Assembly (NCBI GenBank): GCA_963710065.1
Contig: CAVPYU010000009.1
Span: forward strand, 127,065-191,064
Length of the DNA: 64,000 nucleotides
DNA from: an uncultured Thermoleophilia bacterium
GTDB taxonomy: Bacteria > Actinomycetota > Thermoleophilia > Solirubrobacterales > CAVPYU01
Reading direction: 5' to 3'
A model generated the notes under the pieces. That model was not told the DNA's origin, did no database searches, and saw only the letters and a program-made list of their open reading frames with translations. Positions 26,916 through 36,441 of this stretch are shown piece after piece; positions within the stretch are counted from its first letter, which is position 1; each line of letters starts with the position of its first letter. Position numbers and translations under genes: made by a program.

Positions 26916-27038
26916 AGACCTGACCCCAGGGATGACCCCAGGGACGACGCCGGGGATGGCTGCTGCACAGACTTTTCGAACTTGCCCCTGACGAAACCCC
27001 TCCCTGCCCCTCCGGCATCGTCTGATTCGTCTTGTTTC

Positions 27039-27605
27039 ATGTTGCACAACACGCTACAATCACTACTAATGATTCAACCTGCCGATATCTACATCCTCGC
27101 CGGCGTCATCGCCAACGAGAGTGAGAAGTGGACGCTGCGCGAGCTTGCCGGGAAACTCTTCGTCGACCACACGCTAGTCCACCGCGCACTCAGGCGAGCC
27201 GAAGCCTCTGATCTCTACTCATCCTCCAAGAAAATGGTGCATCGGCCTAACTTCGAGGAACTGCTCGTGCACGGCGGACGGTTCCTCGCACCGGCAAGGC
27301 CGGGCGCGCTAGTTCCCGGAGTGCCGGCCGCATGGGCGGCAGAGCCGATGCGATCGCTCATCCATGAAGCTTCGAGTGATCCTCCACTCGTCTGGCCCAG
27401 CCCTGAAAGCCGCATCCGCGGCCAATCTCTCAGGCCGCTCCATCCAGCTTGCGTTGAGGCGGTCGCCACGTTCCCAAGCCTTGGCGAGCTCATGTCGGTG
27501 ATCGACTCTCTGCGCGCGGGCGATCTACGAGTTCGCCGCGTCGCAGCTAAAGAGTTACACGACATTCTTCGACGCAACCCTGTTCCACGGCAGGCGGTCG
27601 CGTGA
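27039..27605 (+). CDS. winged-helix protein (AbiEi-like putative antitoxin/regulator)
   Basis: The ORF spans 26910..27605, but its first ~40 codons lie in IS/element-end sequence, so the start is placed at ATG 27039 (alternative 27069). ILAGVIANESEKWTLRELAGKLFVDHTLVHRALRRAE is wHTH-like. There is a 4-nt overlap with the downstream NTase gene. Confidence 0.5.
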   Translation: MLHNTLQSLLMIQPADIYILAGVIANESEKWTLRELAGKLFVDHTLVHRALRRAEASDLYSSSKKMVHRPNFEELLVHGGRFLAPARPGALVPGVPAAWAAEPMRSLIHEASSDPPLVWPSPESRIRGQSLRPLHPACVEAVATFPSLGELMSVIDSLRAGDLRVRRVAAKELHDILRRNPVPRQAVA

Positions 27606-28312
27606 GCGCCGAACTCCTTGAGCTCGCAGCGTCTGCACTCGGGTCACTCGTAGATGACGTCGTGTTCGTCGGTGGAGCGACGATCCACCTATGGCTAACT
27701 GAGCCTGGCGGGCCACCAACGCGCTCGACTGACGATGTCGACGTTATCTGCAACGTCGCGAGCATCGTCGATTACTACAAGCTCGCCGAACAGCTCCGGG
27801 AACACGGCTTCGCCGAAGTCATGGAGGAGCCCGTGGTATGCCGCTGGCAACACCGAGAGACCGGACTCATGCTCGACTTGATGCCGACCGAGGAGACTGT
27901 GCTCGGTTTCTCCAACCCATGGTACGAGCTTGCCATGGAGGGAGCCGTCAAATGCGAGCTGCCGTCAGGGGCGCGGATCCGTGTCGTACTCCCGCCAGTA
28001 ATCTTTGCGACCAAGCTTGCTGCCTGGAAGGGACGCGGTCGGGGTGACGTACTAAAGAGCCTTGACGTGCACGACATCGTCGTCCTGATCGACGGTCGCC
28101 CACAGCTCACAGACGAACTCGCTGCTCAGTCGCCAAAGTTGCGCGAATACGTCGCACTCGAGCTTGCCTCGCTCCGCAACGACCCCTACTTCGACTATGT
28201 CATCCAGAGTACCGTTCGGGGTTACGGGCAACTCGCTGCGGATCGAGCAACCATCGTTGAAGGCCGAGTGGCTGAAATTCTCGAAGTGCTTGGACGAGGC
28301 GGTGGCAAATAA
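27602..28312 (+). CDS. nucleotidyltransferase-fold protein (AbiEii/DUF1814-like putative toxin)
   Basis: 236-aa ORF with a GTG start. VVFVGGATIHLWLTEPGGPPTRSTDDVDVI fits the GG...R.T.D.D NTase motif. It has a helical C-terminal domain. Confidence 0.6.
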   Translation: MSAELLELAASALGSLVDDVVFVGGATIHLWLTEPGGPPTRSTDDVDVICNVASIVDYYKLAEQLREHGFAEVMEEPVVCRWQHRETGLMLDLMPTEETVLGFSNPWYELAMEGAVKCELPSGARIRVVLPPVIFATKLAAWKGRGRGDVLKSLDVHDIVVLIDGRPQLTDELAAQSPKLREYVALELASLRNDPYFDYVIQSTVRGYGQLAADRATIVEGRVAEILEVLGRGGGK

Positions 28313-28521
28313 TCGCCTATTGATGAGTGTGGAGCAAGCTGTCACCGTCCTTGTCGCTGACTTTGACGTGCGGGTTGTCAGCCTACGAGGAGAGCTGTTC
28401 CGTCACTTTGCTCTGGGTCACAACCGTGATTACCAGCCTATGACATCGGTCTAAACTGTCCACTATATCTTGAGACATGTGTCCACGATGTCCCGACACA
28501 TCACAACTGCAGAAAACTTGA

Positions 28522-28595
<74 letters not shown>

Positions 28596-28707
28596 TCGCT
28601 ATGGGAAATATAGCAGTGAAAGGTGGTGGCGATCGTTCGGGATCGGGGTTGCAAGGGTGCTCTCGCTGTCGTTCGCCGTCTGGAGGCCTGGGTTTCGCCT
28701 TCGGTCT

Positions 28708-29118
28708 TTAGCCGCTGGTGTTTAATGCACAGTCTAGGTCTTCGTAAATATCAAACACGCGATCTGTTGAGGTCAGGCCAAACATGTTGCTGGCTGGGCC
28801 TTTTGGGCGCACTATCGCCAGCCTTAGCTCCCTCTGTTCTGCGTCGCGTTTGAATCCAACAAGAGCGCTGAGTACTGTGGAGTCGAAGTAGTCAACATCG
28901 GATAGATCTACGACCACCAGGCCGACCGCTTGCTCCAGACAGTCGCGCAGAAGCTTGCGTAACGCCTGTAACGATCTGATATCGATAGACCCACTCAGTC
29001 GTAATGCACATCCTTCTAGGCCAGAGTTCAGGTGCTGCAGCTGGTGCCTAATCCCACCTGTCGAAGCTCCCGACGCTTCAAAATAATCGTGTTCTGCTTG
29101 GTGAACCATGACAGTCAT
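28708..29118 (-). CDS. STAS-domain protein (anti-sigma-factor antagonist-like)
   Basis: 136-aa ORF. LRLSGSIDIRSLQALRKLLRDCLEQAVGLVVVDLSDVDYFDSTVLSALVGF is a SpoIIAA-like pattern. Confidence 0.7.
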   Translation of the reverse strand: MTVMVHQAEHDYFEASGASTGGIRHQLQHLNSGLEGCALRLSGSIDIRSLQALRKLLRDCLEQAVGLVVVDLSDVDYFDSTVLSALVGFKRDAEQRELRLAIVRPKGPASNMFGLTSTDRVFDIYEDLDCALNTSG

Positions 29119-29242
29119 CCATAACCCCCTACTGTGGCAACAACACCACTCGTCGATAGTTTCGTACTAGAGGTATCACTTTAAGTTGGTGATCGGACAA
29201 CTTCACGCGCTGGCTAAGAACCTATCCCCATTGGGATCGGCT

Positions 29243-29668
29243 CTAAAGACTTACGCACCCGCCGCCACCGACTGGTGTGAAGCCGATTCTGCGGTTGTTC
29301 TTGTGCGAGCTGAGTACGATGCGTGGATCCTTCCACTTTCCCTTCCAGCCTGAGTTGACCTTGCCCCTGATGCAGCGTTTGACGATCCGGCGAGTCTTCT
29401 TACAGCCGACCTTCTTTGCAAGGATATCGATCGCCCCGCCTTCACCTTCGGGCTTTAGCCTGACCGTCACGTTCTTGCATTTGCGGAGTGCCGCCATATC
29501 CACGTCCGTACCGGCCTGTGCGGCTGAAGCAAAGGTCACTCCCAGCTGTCCCAGCGACTCGTCGCCAAGCACGCTGTCTTGGACAACGATCTTTGACTGT
29601 GCAGAAGCGGTGGCGACAAACGCTACGCCGACCACTGCCACACATACGACTGCAAACGATCGCTTCAT
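29243..29668 (-). CDS. small secreted basic protein
   Basis: 141-aa ORF with signal peptide MKRSFAVVCVAVVGVAFVATASA. It is Cys- and Lys-rich. No motif recognised. Confidence 0.55.
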   Translation of the reverse strand: MKRSFAVVCVAVVGVAFVATASAQSKIVVQDSVLGDESLGQLGVTFASAAQAGTDVDMAALRKCKNVTVRLKPEGEGGAIDILAKKVGCKKTRRIVKRCIRGKVNSGWKGKWKDPRIVLSSHKNNRRIGFTPVGGGGCVSL

Positions 29669-29755
29669 CTCTGTTTAGAGATTACTGCGAAGCTGTTTTT
29701 GATGCAATGGCCACGAATAAATAACAGTTGCTCTGATAGCTGATAGCTTAGATAG

Positions 29756-30310
29756 GTGCTTTGTGCCGCCCTACACAACTTCCGTAGCCTCTACAACGTC
29801 GGCTCGGTGTTCCGTACGGCTTCCGGCGCCGGTTTTGAGCGTCTGTATCTTTCCGGATATACCGGCGCCCCACCGGAAAGGCGGATAAGCAAGGTGGCAC
29901 TCGGCGCCGAGGAAGAGATCCCGTTCGAGCGCATTAACGACGTCGATGCCCTTTTGGAGGCTTTGAAAGGCCATCATGTGGTGCTGCTCGAGCAGCACCC
30001 TGACTCTGTCCTTTACTCCGAGATGGAGATCGACTCTTTAAAACCGGTAACCGTTGTTTTAGGCGAGGAGTTATTCGGTGTCCCGGATGAGCTTGTCGCA
30101 CGGGCAGACGTTGTCGCCGAGATCCCTATGGCCGGCAAGAAGGAGTCGCTAAACGTCGCATCGGCGTTCGCGGTCATCGCCTACGACATGGCGACCAAGC
30201 AGGGCACGATCAGCCCGGATAACTTGCGCTCGCACCACTCCTCCACCCCACCTCGCCCGGAAGTGCTTACAAAGGGCCCGACACTTGGAGAATCACCGGA
30301 CACACAGTGA
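29756..30310 (+). CDS. SpoU/TrmH-family RNA 2'-O-methyltransferase
   Basis: 184-aa ORF with a GTG start. NVGSVFRTASGAGF (motif 1), VVLGEELFGV (motif 2), IPMAGKKESLNVASAFAVIAY (motif 3). Confidence 0.8.
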   Translation: MLCAALHNFRSLYNVGSVFRTASGAGFERLYLSGYTGAPPERRISKVALGAEEEIPFERINDVDALLEALKGHHVVLLEQHPDSVLYSEMEIDSLKPVTVVLGEELFGVPDELVARADVVAEIPMAGKKESLNVASAFAVIAYDMATKQGTISPDNLRSHHSSTPPRPEVLTKGPTLGESPDTQ

Positions 30311-30397
30311 GCTTGTGCCCCAAGTTTTTACTGCTATTTAGCCTCGAAGTCCCATTATTATTAGTAGGGGCACTAAAAGCGCCAAGTCTGGGGAACT

Positions 30398-32524
30398 ATG
30401 TCAACTACGGGTACTAAAAGGCATGCGATAAACCTGTCGGCAGCTCTGCTTGTGGCAGCTGTTTTACTTGCGATGGTTGCGACCGCACAGGCTGCTGGTG
30501 CGATCGGCAACGGAAAGATCGCCTACTCGTATGGGGAGAACCTGCAGCTCGATCTCTACACCGTGGAGCCCGACGGGTCTAACACAACGAAAATTACTGA
30601 TCAGGAGTTCAGGGTCAGCAGTCAACCTGTCTTCTCGCCCGACAACACCAAGGTCGCATACATCTCGTACCGCAACGGAAACAGCGACATCTACGTCTCT
30701 TCGGCAGACGGCACCAACCAAACGAGGCTGACGACCAATCCCGGACCGGATCTGAGCCCGTCGTGGTCTCCGGACGGCACAAAGATCGCATTTGGCTCGC
30801 TCCGTGGTGGAAATGAAGATATCTATGTAGTAAGTGCTGACGGCTCGTCTGCAGCGACCAGAGTAACGACCGACTCGGGGCGTGACATGAAGCCGATCTG
30901 GGCCCCGGATGTCTCTGACCCAAAGATCCTGTTTTCCAGAACAACGGGCACTGACAATGAGATCTATACGATCGATAGCTACGGATCTGACGAGCTGAAG
31001 GTTTCAAGTGGCACCGGTACCGATTCCGATCCAAACTGGTCTCCCGATGGAACAACGATCGTTTATACGTCATCTCGGTCCGGGAATGCAGATATCTACA
31101 CGGTCGATTCATCGGCCTCAAACGAGACGCAGATAACCGACTACCCAGAAAACGAACAGAGGCCAGTCTTTTCTCCTGACGGGTCGAAAATCGCGTATGA
31201 GACATCAAAGGACAGCCCCAGCGCATTGTGGCCCGACGCACCTTGGCCGCCCGATGTGCCGGGCTGCCCGGATTCCTGGCTCTGCCAAGATGCGCCGATC
31301 TACACACAGGGCGAGGTTCGAAAGATGAACACGGACGGTACTGACGATGAGCTTGTTGTGAGGTTGCCCAGCAACGATTCATCCACAAGCTCGATCTGGG
31401 GCATAGATTGGTCACCAGACGGGACAAAGATATTGGCGACCGCCAGCGTTTTCGGAAACGTCGATCTCTATCTGGTCGATTCGGACAGAGACCTGAGCCA
31501 AGGGATCTCCTGGAGCTGGATCAATCGAGACATCACCCGCGACGAACAACTCGACTGGATGCCCAACTGGTCGCCGGACGGTACCAAGATCGCCTTTACT
31601 TCATACAGGACAGGTACCGGTGAGATCTACATCCTCGATAGCTACTACGGCTCCTTTACTGAATCGGTGAAGAGAAAACTGACCGATCACCGGGGTGCAA
31701 ACTACGAGCCAAGCTGGTCGCCGGACGGTGAGAAGCTCGCCTACGCGTCTGATCGCGGTGACGATGTAAATATCTACTCGCTCAACACCCGGACCTCGGC
31801 CATCACCAGGTTAACGGAGTCGATGACCATCGGCGATACTCTCGACTACGAGCCGAGCTGGTCGCCGGATGGCGCCAAGCTCGCCTTTATCAGAAGGCTG
31901 ACCGGCGAAGAGAGAAAGGCCAGCCAGATTTTCACGATCAGCGCAAGCGATGGTTCCGGCCTGCAGCAGTTGACCGATCACTGGCTGGGCGCGCAAGATC
32001 CCGACTGGTCGCCCGATGGGACGAAGATCGTCTACTCGGCAGGCGCTCCAGTCAACAGGGACGAAATCTACGTGATGGACACGGACGGCTCCAACCAGAC
32101 AAAGCTCGCAGACAACGGCAAGGAGCCCGCGTGGTCGCCTGACGGGTCGAAGATCGCGTTCACATGGGGCAGGACTATCCACGTGATGAACGCTGACGGC
32201 ACCGGCCAGACCCCGTTCCATCAAGGAATCCACCCCGACTGGTCGCCCGATGGACAGAAGATCGTGTTTTCGCAAAGCAGCTCGTCGTACTCGCAAGATT
32301 GGACTGTCTACTTTGCCGATGCAGACACCGGCGGCAACGCGACCCAGGTCTCATCGACCAACTTCGGTCTGTACCCAAGCTGGCAGCCGATCTCGATCAC
32401 AAAGCAGGGCCCTGGACCAAGTGATCGCCCGTCGCATGCTGAGCATGAGACAAGCGGCGACAAGAAGCCGAGCTCAACCTTCGGCAAGACCCGCACAAGA
32501 CCGTTCAAATACCGAAAGCTCTAG
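30398..32524 (+). CDS. secreted PD40/TolB-like beta-propeller repeat protein
   Basis: 708-aa ORF with a signal/anchor sequence (AALLVAAVLLAMVATAQA). More than 12 repeats of the (S/W)SPDG(T/S)KIA(F/Y)....G..(D/E)IY type. Confidence 0.85.
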   Translation: MSTTGTKRHAINLSAALLVAAVLLAMVATAQAAGAIGNGKIAYSYGENLQLDLYTVEPDGSNTTKITDQEFRVSSQPVFSPDNTKVAYISYRNGNSDIYVSSADGTNQTRLTTNPGPDLSPSWSPDGTKIAFGSLRGGNEDIYVVSADGSSAATRVTTDSGRDMKPIWAPDVSDPKILFSRTTGTDNEIYTIDSYGSDELKVSSGTGTDSDPNWSPDGTTIVYTSSRSGNADIYTVDSSASNETQITDYPENEQRPVFSPDGSKIAYETSKDSPSALWPDAPWPPDVPGCPDSWLCQDAPIYTQGEVRKMNTDGTDDELVVRLPSNDSSTSSIWGIDWSPDGTKILATASVFGNVDLYLVDSDRDLSQGISWSWINRDITRDEQLDWMPNWSPDGTKIAFTSYRTGTGEIYILDSYYGSFTESVKRKLTDHRGANYEPSWSPDGEKLAYASDRGDDVNIYSLNTRTSAITRLTESMTIGDTLDYEPSWSPDGAKLAFIRRLTGEERKASQIFTISASDGSGLQQLTDHWLGAQDPDWSPDGTKIVYSAGAPVNRDEIYVMDTDGSNQTKLADNGKEPAWSPDGSKIAFTWGRTIHVMNADGTGQTPFHQGIHPDWSPDGQKIVFSQSSSSYSQDWTVYFADADTGGNATQVSSTNFGLYPSWQPISITKQGPGPSDRPSHAEHETSGDKKPSSTFGKTRTRPFKYRKL

Positions 32525-32539
32525 TACGATCGATCGACT

Positions 32540-33475
32540 GTGCGCGTTTCTGTCATCGACATAGGCACCAACTCCACCCGCTTACTCGTCGCAGACGTGG
32601 AAGGTATGAAGCTAGAAGAGATCGAGCGCACAACAAGAGTTACAAGACTCGGCCACGACGTAGACAGAAGCGGAAGGCTTGATGCAGACGCCGTTGCCAG
32701 GGTCATGTCAGCGCTTGAGGACTACACAGAGAGGATTTCCGCGCACCACTGTGAGCGAACTTTGACAGTTGCGACCAGCGCCGTACGTGATGCGGTAAAC
32801 CGGGATGAATTTGTCGATCAGGTAAGGAGCCGCTTCGGATTGGACGTCGTTGTCCTAAGCGGCGAACGTGAATCACTCCTTACCTATAGAGGTGCAACAC
32901 ACGGGCACGATGCAAAGAGCGGCTCAAATGGACAGACGCTGGTTATCGATATCGGTGGTGGCTCCACCGAGTTCATCGCCGGCTCGGGCGCAGATGTCTC
33001 ATTCCACACATCCACCCAACTCGGTTGCGTCCGCCACAGCGAGCGCTCGCTGTTGGACGATCCACCAAGCACAGATCAGCTCAACCGACTGGCCACGGAG
33101 GCAAAAGAGATCGTCCAATCAAGCGCGGCCGACCATCTGAAACAGCCCATATCCAACGCGATCGCCGTCGCCGGCACCGCCACCTCGCTTGCGGCGATAG
33201 ACCAGAGGCTGCACCCCTACGACCCCAGCCACGTGCACGGCTATAGGATCACGCTGGAGACATGCAGATCGATACTTGAATGCCTTGTGGCCGTTCCGCT
33301 TGCCGAGCGAGCAGAGATCGTCGGCCTGCACCCCGATCGGGCACCCACGATAGTTGCCGGAACGGCGATCCTTACCGCCTCGATGGAGGTGCTTGGGCTA
33401 GGCTCGGTTGAGGCCAGCGAGCACGACATGCTGCACGGCGCCGCACTCGCAAATGCAGCGGAAATTGTGTCCTAG
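32540..33475 (+). CDS. Ppx/GppA-family phosphatase
   Basis: 311-aa ORF with a GTG start. VSVIDIGTNSTRLLVADV, LVIDIGGGSTEF and GTATSLAA are ASKHA-fold motifs. Confidence 0.85.
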   Translation: MRVSVIDIGTNSTRLLVADVEGMKLEEIERTTRVTRLGHDVDRSGRLDADAVARVMSALEDYTERISAHHCERTLTVATSAVRDAVNRDEFVDQVRSRFGLDVVVLSGERESLLTYRGATHGHDAKSGSNGQTLVIDIGGGSTEFIAGSGADVSFHTSTQLGCVRHSERSLLDDPPSTDQLNRLATEAKEIVQSSAADHLKQPISNAIAVAGTATSLAAIDQRLHPYDPSHVHGYRITLETCRSILECLVAVPLAERAEIVGLHPDRAPTIVAGTAILTASMEVLGLGSVEASEHDMLHGAALANAAEIVS

Positions 33476-33675
33476 ACGCATGTTCGATGGATTTTGTTCC
33501 ATTTCTGCGGATACTCAGTAATAGCGGGAGCAGTAATCCACGAAAGCGGAGAGCTTGCACCCGCTACATAGGCTCGAGCGATTGCCGTGAAATAATCGGC
33601 GCCTCCCGCCGCTCGAGTTGTACAGGGTCCCCTCAAGGCACGTACCCCTGCCCGTCCTGTTGGGACCTGAGAAAG

Positions 33676-33710
33676 AACGACCGGCACATGAGGTGCCGGT
33701 CGTTTTGTTT
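33676..33710. terminator. bidirectional rho-independent terminator between convergent genes
   Basis: AACGACCGGCAC-ATGAG-GTGCCGGTCGTT is followed by TTGTTT on the plus strand and preceded by the complement of a T/C-rich run (GAGAAAG, read as CTTTCTC after the hairpin on the minus strand). Confidence 0.7.
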
Positions 33711-33749
33711 GCAGATATCTCTAAAAGGGACGGCACCGGTCCCCACCGG

Positions 33750-35414
33750 TTAGGCCAGGTTGGCCTTGCGTGGATATGCGACTTCCGGATCGGTCAGAAC
33801 GTTGACACAGGCCGGGAGGCCGGACTCAAATGCTCGTTCCAGGGCGGGCCGCAGCTCGTCCGGCTTCTCGACCAGCTCGCCGTGTCCTCCCAGCGCCTCG
33901 ACAACCTTGTCGTATCGGGTCTTCGGCCTCAGCTCCGCAACCACCGAATAGCCGTAGAGGAACTCCATCGGATGCTTCTCCAGCGCCCAAATTCCGTTGT
34001 TTCCGATCACCGAGACGATCGGCAGCCCGTGTCGTACCATGGTGTCGAACTCCATACCGGAGAATCCGAATGCACCGTCTCCCTGCAGCAGGCAGACCTG
34101 GGAATCGGGCCTGGCAATCTTGGCTGCTATCGCGTAGCCCGGGCCCGAGCCAAGACAGCCGAAGGGGCCGGGGTCCAGCCAGCAACCCGGCTCGTAGGTC
34201 TCGATCGCCTTACCGGCGTAGGAGACGAAATCGCCACCATCGCCGACAACAACTGCGTCCCTGTCGAGTATCTCGTTCAGCTCTTTGTATATACGCAACG
34301 GGTGGAGCGGCGCTCGATCGTCCAATAGATCGTCTTCCTCTTTCGCACGTCGTGATCTCTCCTCGCTGTCGATCTCTTTCAGCCATTCGCTGGTGCGGTC
34401 TCTGCCTGTACCGGAAGAGACCGCGACCTCGCGGATCTTCTCCAGTGACCCACCGATGTCGCCGTATGCCTCGATAGCAGGCTCACGCTGGAGCTGACGG
34501 TCGGGCTCGGCAAAATCGATCACCACTATCTCTGTCTGGTCACCGAACGCACCACCGAAACCGAGGCGGAAGTCCATCGGCACACCGATGACCAGTGCCA
34601 CATCGGCACCCTTCAAGGCCATCGAGCGGGCTCTAGAGAAAAAGCACTCATGGTCGGCCGGTAAACAGCCGCGGGCGAGTCCGTTCAAAAAAACAGGAAT
34701 TCCAACTGCCTCGGCCAGCTCTTTCAAGGCCGTCTCGCCGTGGCTCCAGTAAAGGTTTGTACCGGCCATGATCGCCGGGCGCTCTGCCTGGGCAAGAAGC
34801 AGCGCCGCCTTCTCCAGCGCGGTCGGATCCGCCTGAGAGGCCTTGTGGGCCACAGGCGATTCCTCCTCCGGTTCGTCTGCTTCCGAGAAAACAATGTCAA
34901 GTGGAAAGTCGAGGAATGTTGGACCGGTCGGCGCAGTCGAGGCGCACTGCAGCGCCTCATCGACCATCGAGGGGATCTCCCCAGTCACAAACGCCGTCTC
35001 GGCCAGCTTGGTCAGAGGCCGTACAAAGGGGATGTGGTCGATCTCCTGAAGCGATCCTGCGCCCCACCTCATCTGCGGAGCACGTCCTCCCAACACCAGC
35101 ATCGGTGAGTTGTTTTCGCTTGCGCTTGCGATCGCGCTCATTCCGTTGGTGACCCCTGGGCCCGCCGTCAAGGCACAGACACCGGGTTCACGAGTGACCT
35201 TGGCCCAGCCCTCTGCAGCAAAGGCCGCCGTCGATTCGTGGCGCGTATCGACGAAATCTATGCCCTCTTCGCGACAGCCGTCGTAGATCGAAAAGAGGTG
35301 TCCACCGGACAGTGTGAAAAGCTTGTTAACACCGGCAGCAGCCAGCCTTTTTGCGATCAACCTGCCGCCGTGTAGCTGCGCCGTTTTCTCTTCGGTTTCT
35401 TCCTCGGTCGCCAT
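33750..35414 (-). CDS. thiamine-pyrophosphate-dependent enzyme (acetolactate synthase / oxalyl-CoA decarboxylase family)
   Basis: 554-aa ORF. N-terminal TPP-PYR domain ([25 protein letters not shown]) and C-terminal [14 protein letters not shown]...N Mg-TPP motif. Confidence 0.85.
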   Translation of the reverse strand: MATEEETEEKTAQLHGGRLIAKRLAAAGVNKLFTLSGGHLFSIYDGCREEGIDFVDTRHESTAAFAAEGWAKVTREPGVCALTAGPGVTNGMSAIASASENNSPMLVLGGRAPQMRWGAGSLQEIDHIPFVRPLTKLAETAFVTGEIPSMVDEALQCASTAPTGPTFLDFPLDIVFSEADEPEEESPVAHKASQADPTALEKAALLLAQAERPAIMAGTNLYWSHGETALKELAEAVGIPVFLNGLARGCLPADHECFFSRARSMALKGADVALVIGVPMDFRLGFGGAFGDQTEIVVIDFAEPDRQLQREPAIEAYGDIGGSLEKIREVAVSSGTGRDRTSEWLKEIDSEERSRRAKEEDDLLDDRAPLHPLRIYKELNEILDRDAVVVGDGGDFVSYAGKAIETYEPGCWLDPGPFGCLGSGPGYAIAAKIARPDSQVCLLQGDGAFGFSGMEFDTMVRHGLPIVSVIGNNGIWALEKHPMEFLYGYSVVAELRPKTRYDKVVEALGGHGELVEKPDELRPALERAFESGLPACVNVLTDPEVAYPRKANLA

Positions 35415-35533
35415 CTTGCGAGACTACCGCATCGAATTGATGCAAGCGCAACTTACTCTGTTGCAAGAGGTTTACTACGGGTGAGTGTCGAAGCGTTTAG
35501 GTCTAACAAGACCCGTTGGGAGGTCAAAGTAAA

Positions 35534-36292
35534 ATGTTTAAACGATCAGGCAAAACTACAAATGTGGTATTGGCGGCGGGAATTCTGGGGCTATTAATCT
35601 CGGGGTACGCGGTTGGTGCCACCGGAGACCCGTTGCTGGTAGGAAAATCGACTACAGCCGGTACCGACAAGCAGACCGTGTTGAAGACCAACAACGACAA
35701 GTCGGGCTTCAACGGTTACGGGTTCAGGGTCCAGAACAAAGCTACCAGCCACGGCGGTGGCGCGTTGATGTCCTGTTACACACCGGATGCAGGCTGCTTT
35801 TACGGGACGAATAAAAGCACCGCCACAAACGGTGGTCCCGGTGTGAGGGCAAGGTCGGACAAGGGTATCCCCTTGGACATCATCAATGCCGACACAACCA
35901 AGGCACCGATCAAGACCAACTCGAGCGTCAGGGTCTCAAACCTGAACGTGTCGAACTCGGGGCAGCTGGAAGGCCAGAGACCGCAGCGTTATGCGGCCGC
36001 CGGCGCCAAAGTTGACCTCAACGGTAACGCCCTAGCAACACCCACCGCATATGGGCTCGACACGACCCTGGGCGGCGGAGGCGGCGTTCAGAGAAACGCA
36101 GCCGGAAACTACACAGTGTTCCTGACCAGCCCGTCGGATCAGTACCTGGTCCAGGTAACACCAACCACTGTCAACATAAGGTGTGCCGTAACTGCGGTGT
36201 CGAACGTCGCTGGCAATGTGACGATCGACTGTACGAACGATGGTGGCGTCGCAGCCGACACCGGATTCTACTTCTCGGCCACCCAGCCGTAG
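35534..36292 (+). CDS. secreted protein of unknown function, tandem paralogue A
   Basis: ATG 35534 has GGGAGG ~10 nt upstream (the track ORF starts at TTG 35516). It has an N-terminal anchor/signal and shares long identical blocks with paralogue B (QTVLK.NNDKSGFNGYGFRVQNKA, GGGALMSCYTPDAGCFYGTNKS, NADTTKAP, SNSGQLEGQ). Confidence 0.7.
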   Translation: MFKRSGKTTNVVLAAGILGLLISGYAVGATGDPLLVGKSTTAGTDKQTVLKTNNDKSGFNGYGFRVQNKATSHGGGALMSCYTPDAGCFYGTNKSTATNGGPGVRARSDKGIPLDIINADTTKAPIKTNSSVRVSNLNVSNSGQLEGQRPQRYAAAGAKVDLNGNALATPTAYGLDTTLGGGGGVQRNAAGNYTVFLTSPSDQYLVQVTPTTVNIRCAVTAVSNVAGNVTIDCTNDGGVAADTGFYFSATQP

Positions 36293-36317
36293 ATAGAAAA
36301 ACATCAGGTAATCGATT

Positions 36318-36346
36318 ACGGGGCGGGCAACCGCCCCGTTTTCTTT
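36318..36346 (+). terminator. rho-independent terminator
   Basis: ACGGGGCGG-GCAA-CCGCCCCGT followed by TTTCTTTCC. Confidence 0.75.
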
Positions 36347-36441
36347 CCCTATTGTTGCCCTCTTGTAAGCGTCTGATTCTCGGGTTAGTTTAGGAGCTCA
36401 GGTAGGAGAGCCATAGAGCGCTCACAGGCGAAGGAGGAAAG

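Noticed and set aside
28313-28521. Search for an integrase next to the tRNA (also next to the att-like repeat at 11.0-11.2 kb)
   Set aside because: No ORF with tyrosine-recombinase (R..H..R..Y) or serine-recombinase catalytic-domain motifs was seen. Only the C-terminal HTH relic inside the miniature elements was found.
30615-31427. 270-aa minus-strand ORF inside the PD40 gene
   Set aside because: It is antisense to a gene with more than 12 clear PD40 repeats, and its composition is Arg/Ser/Cys-rich.
33618-34477. Plus-strand ORFs of 236 and 215 aa opposite the TPP-enzyme gene
   Set aside because: They are shadow ORFs. The minus frame carries the TPP-binding motifs.
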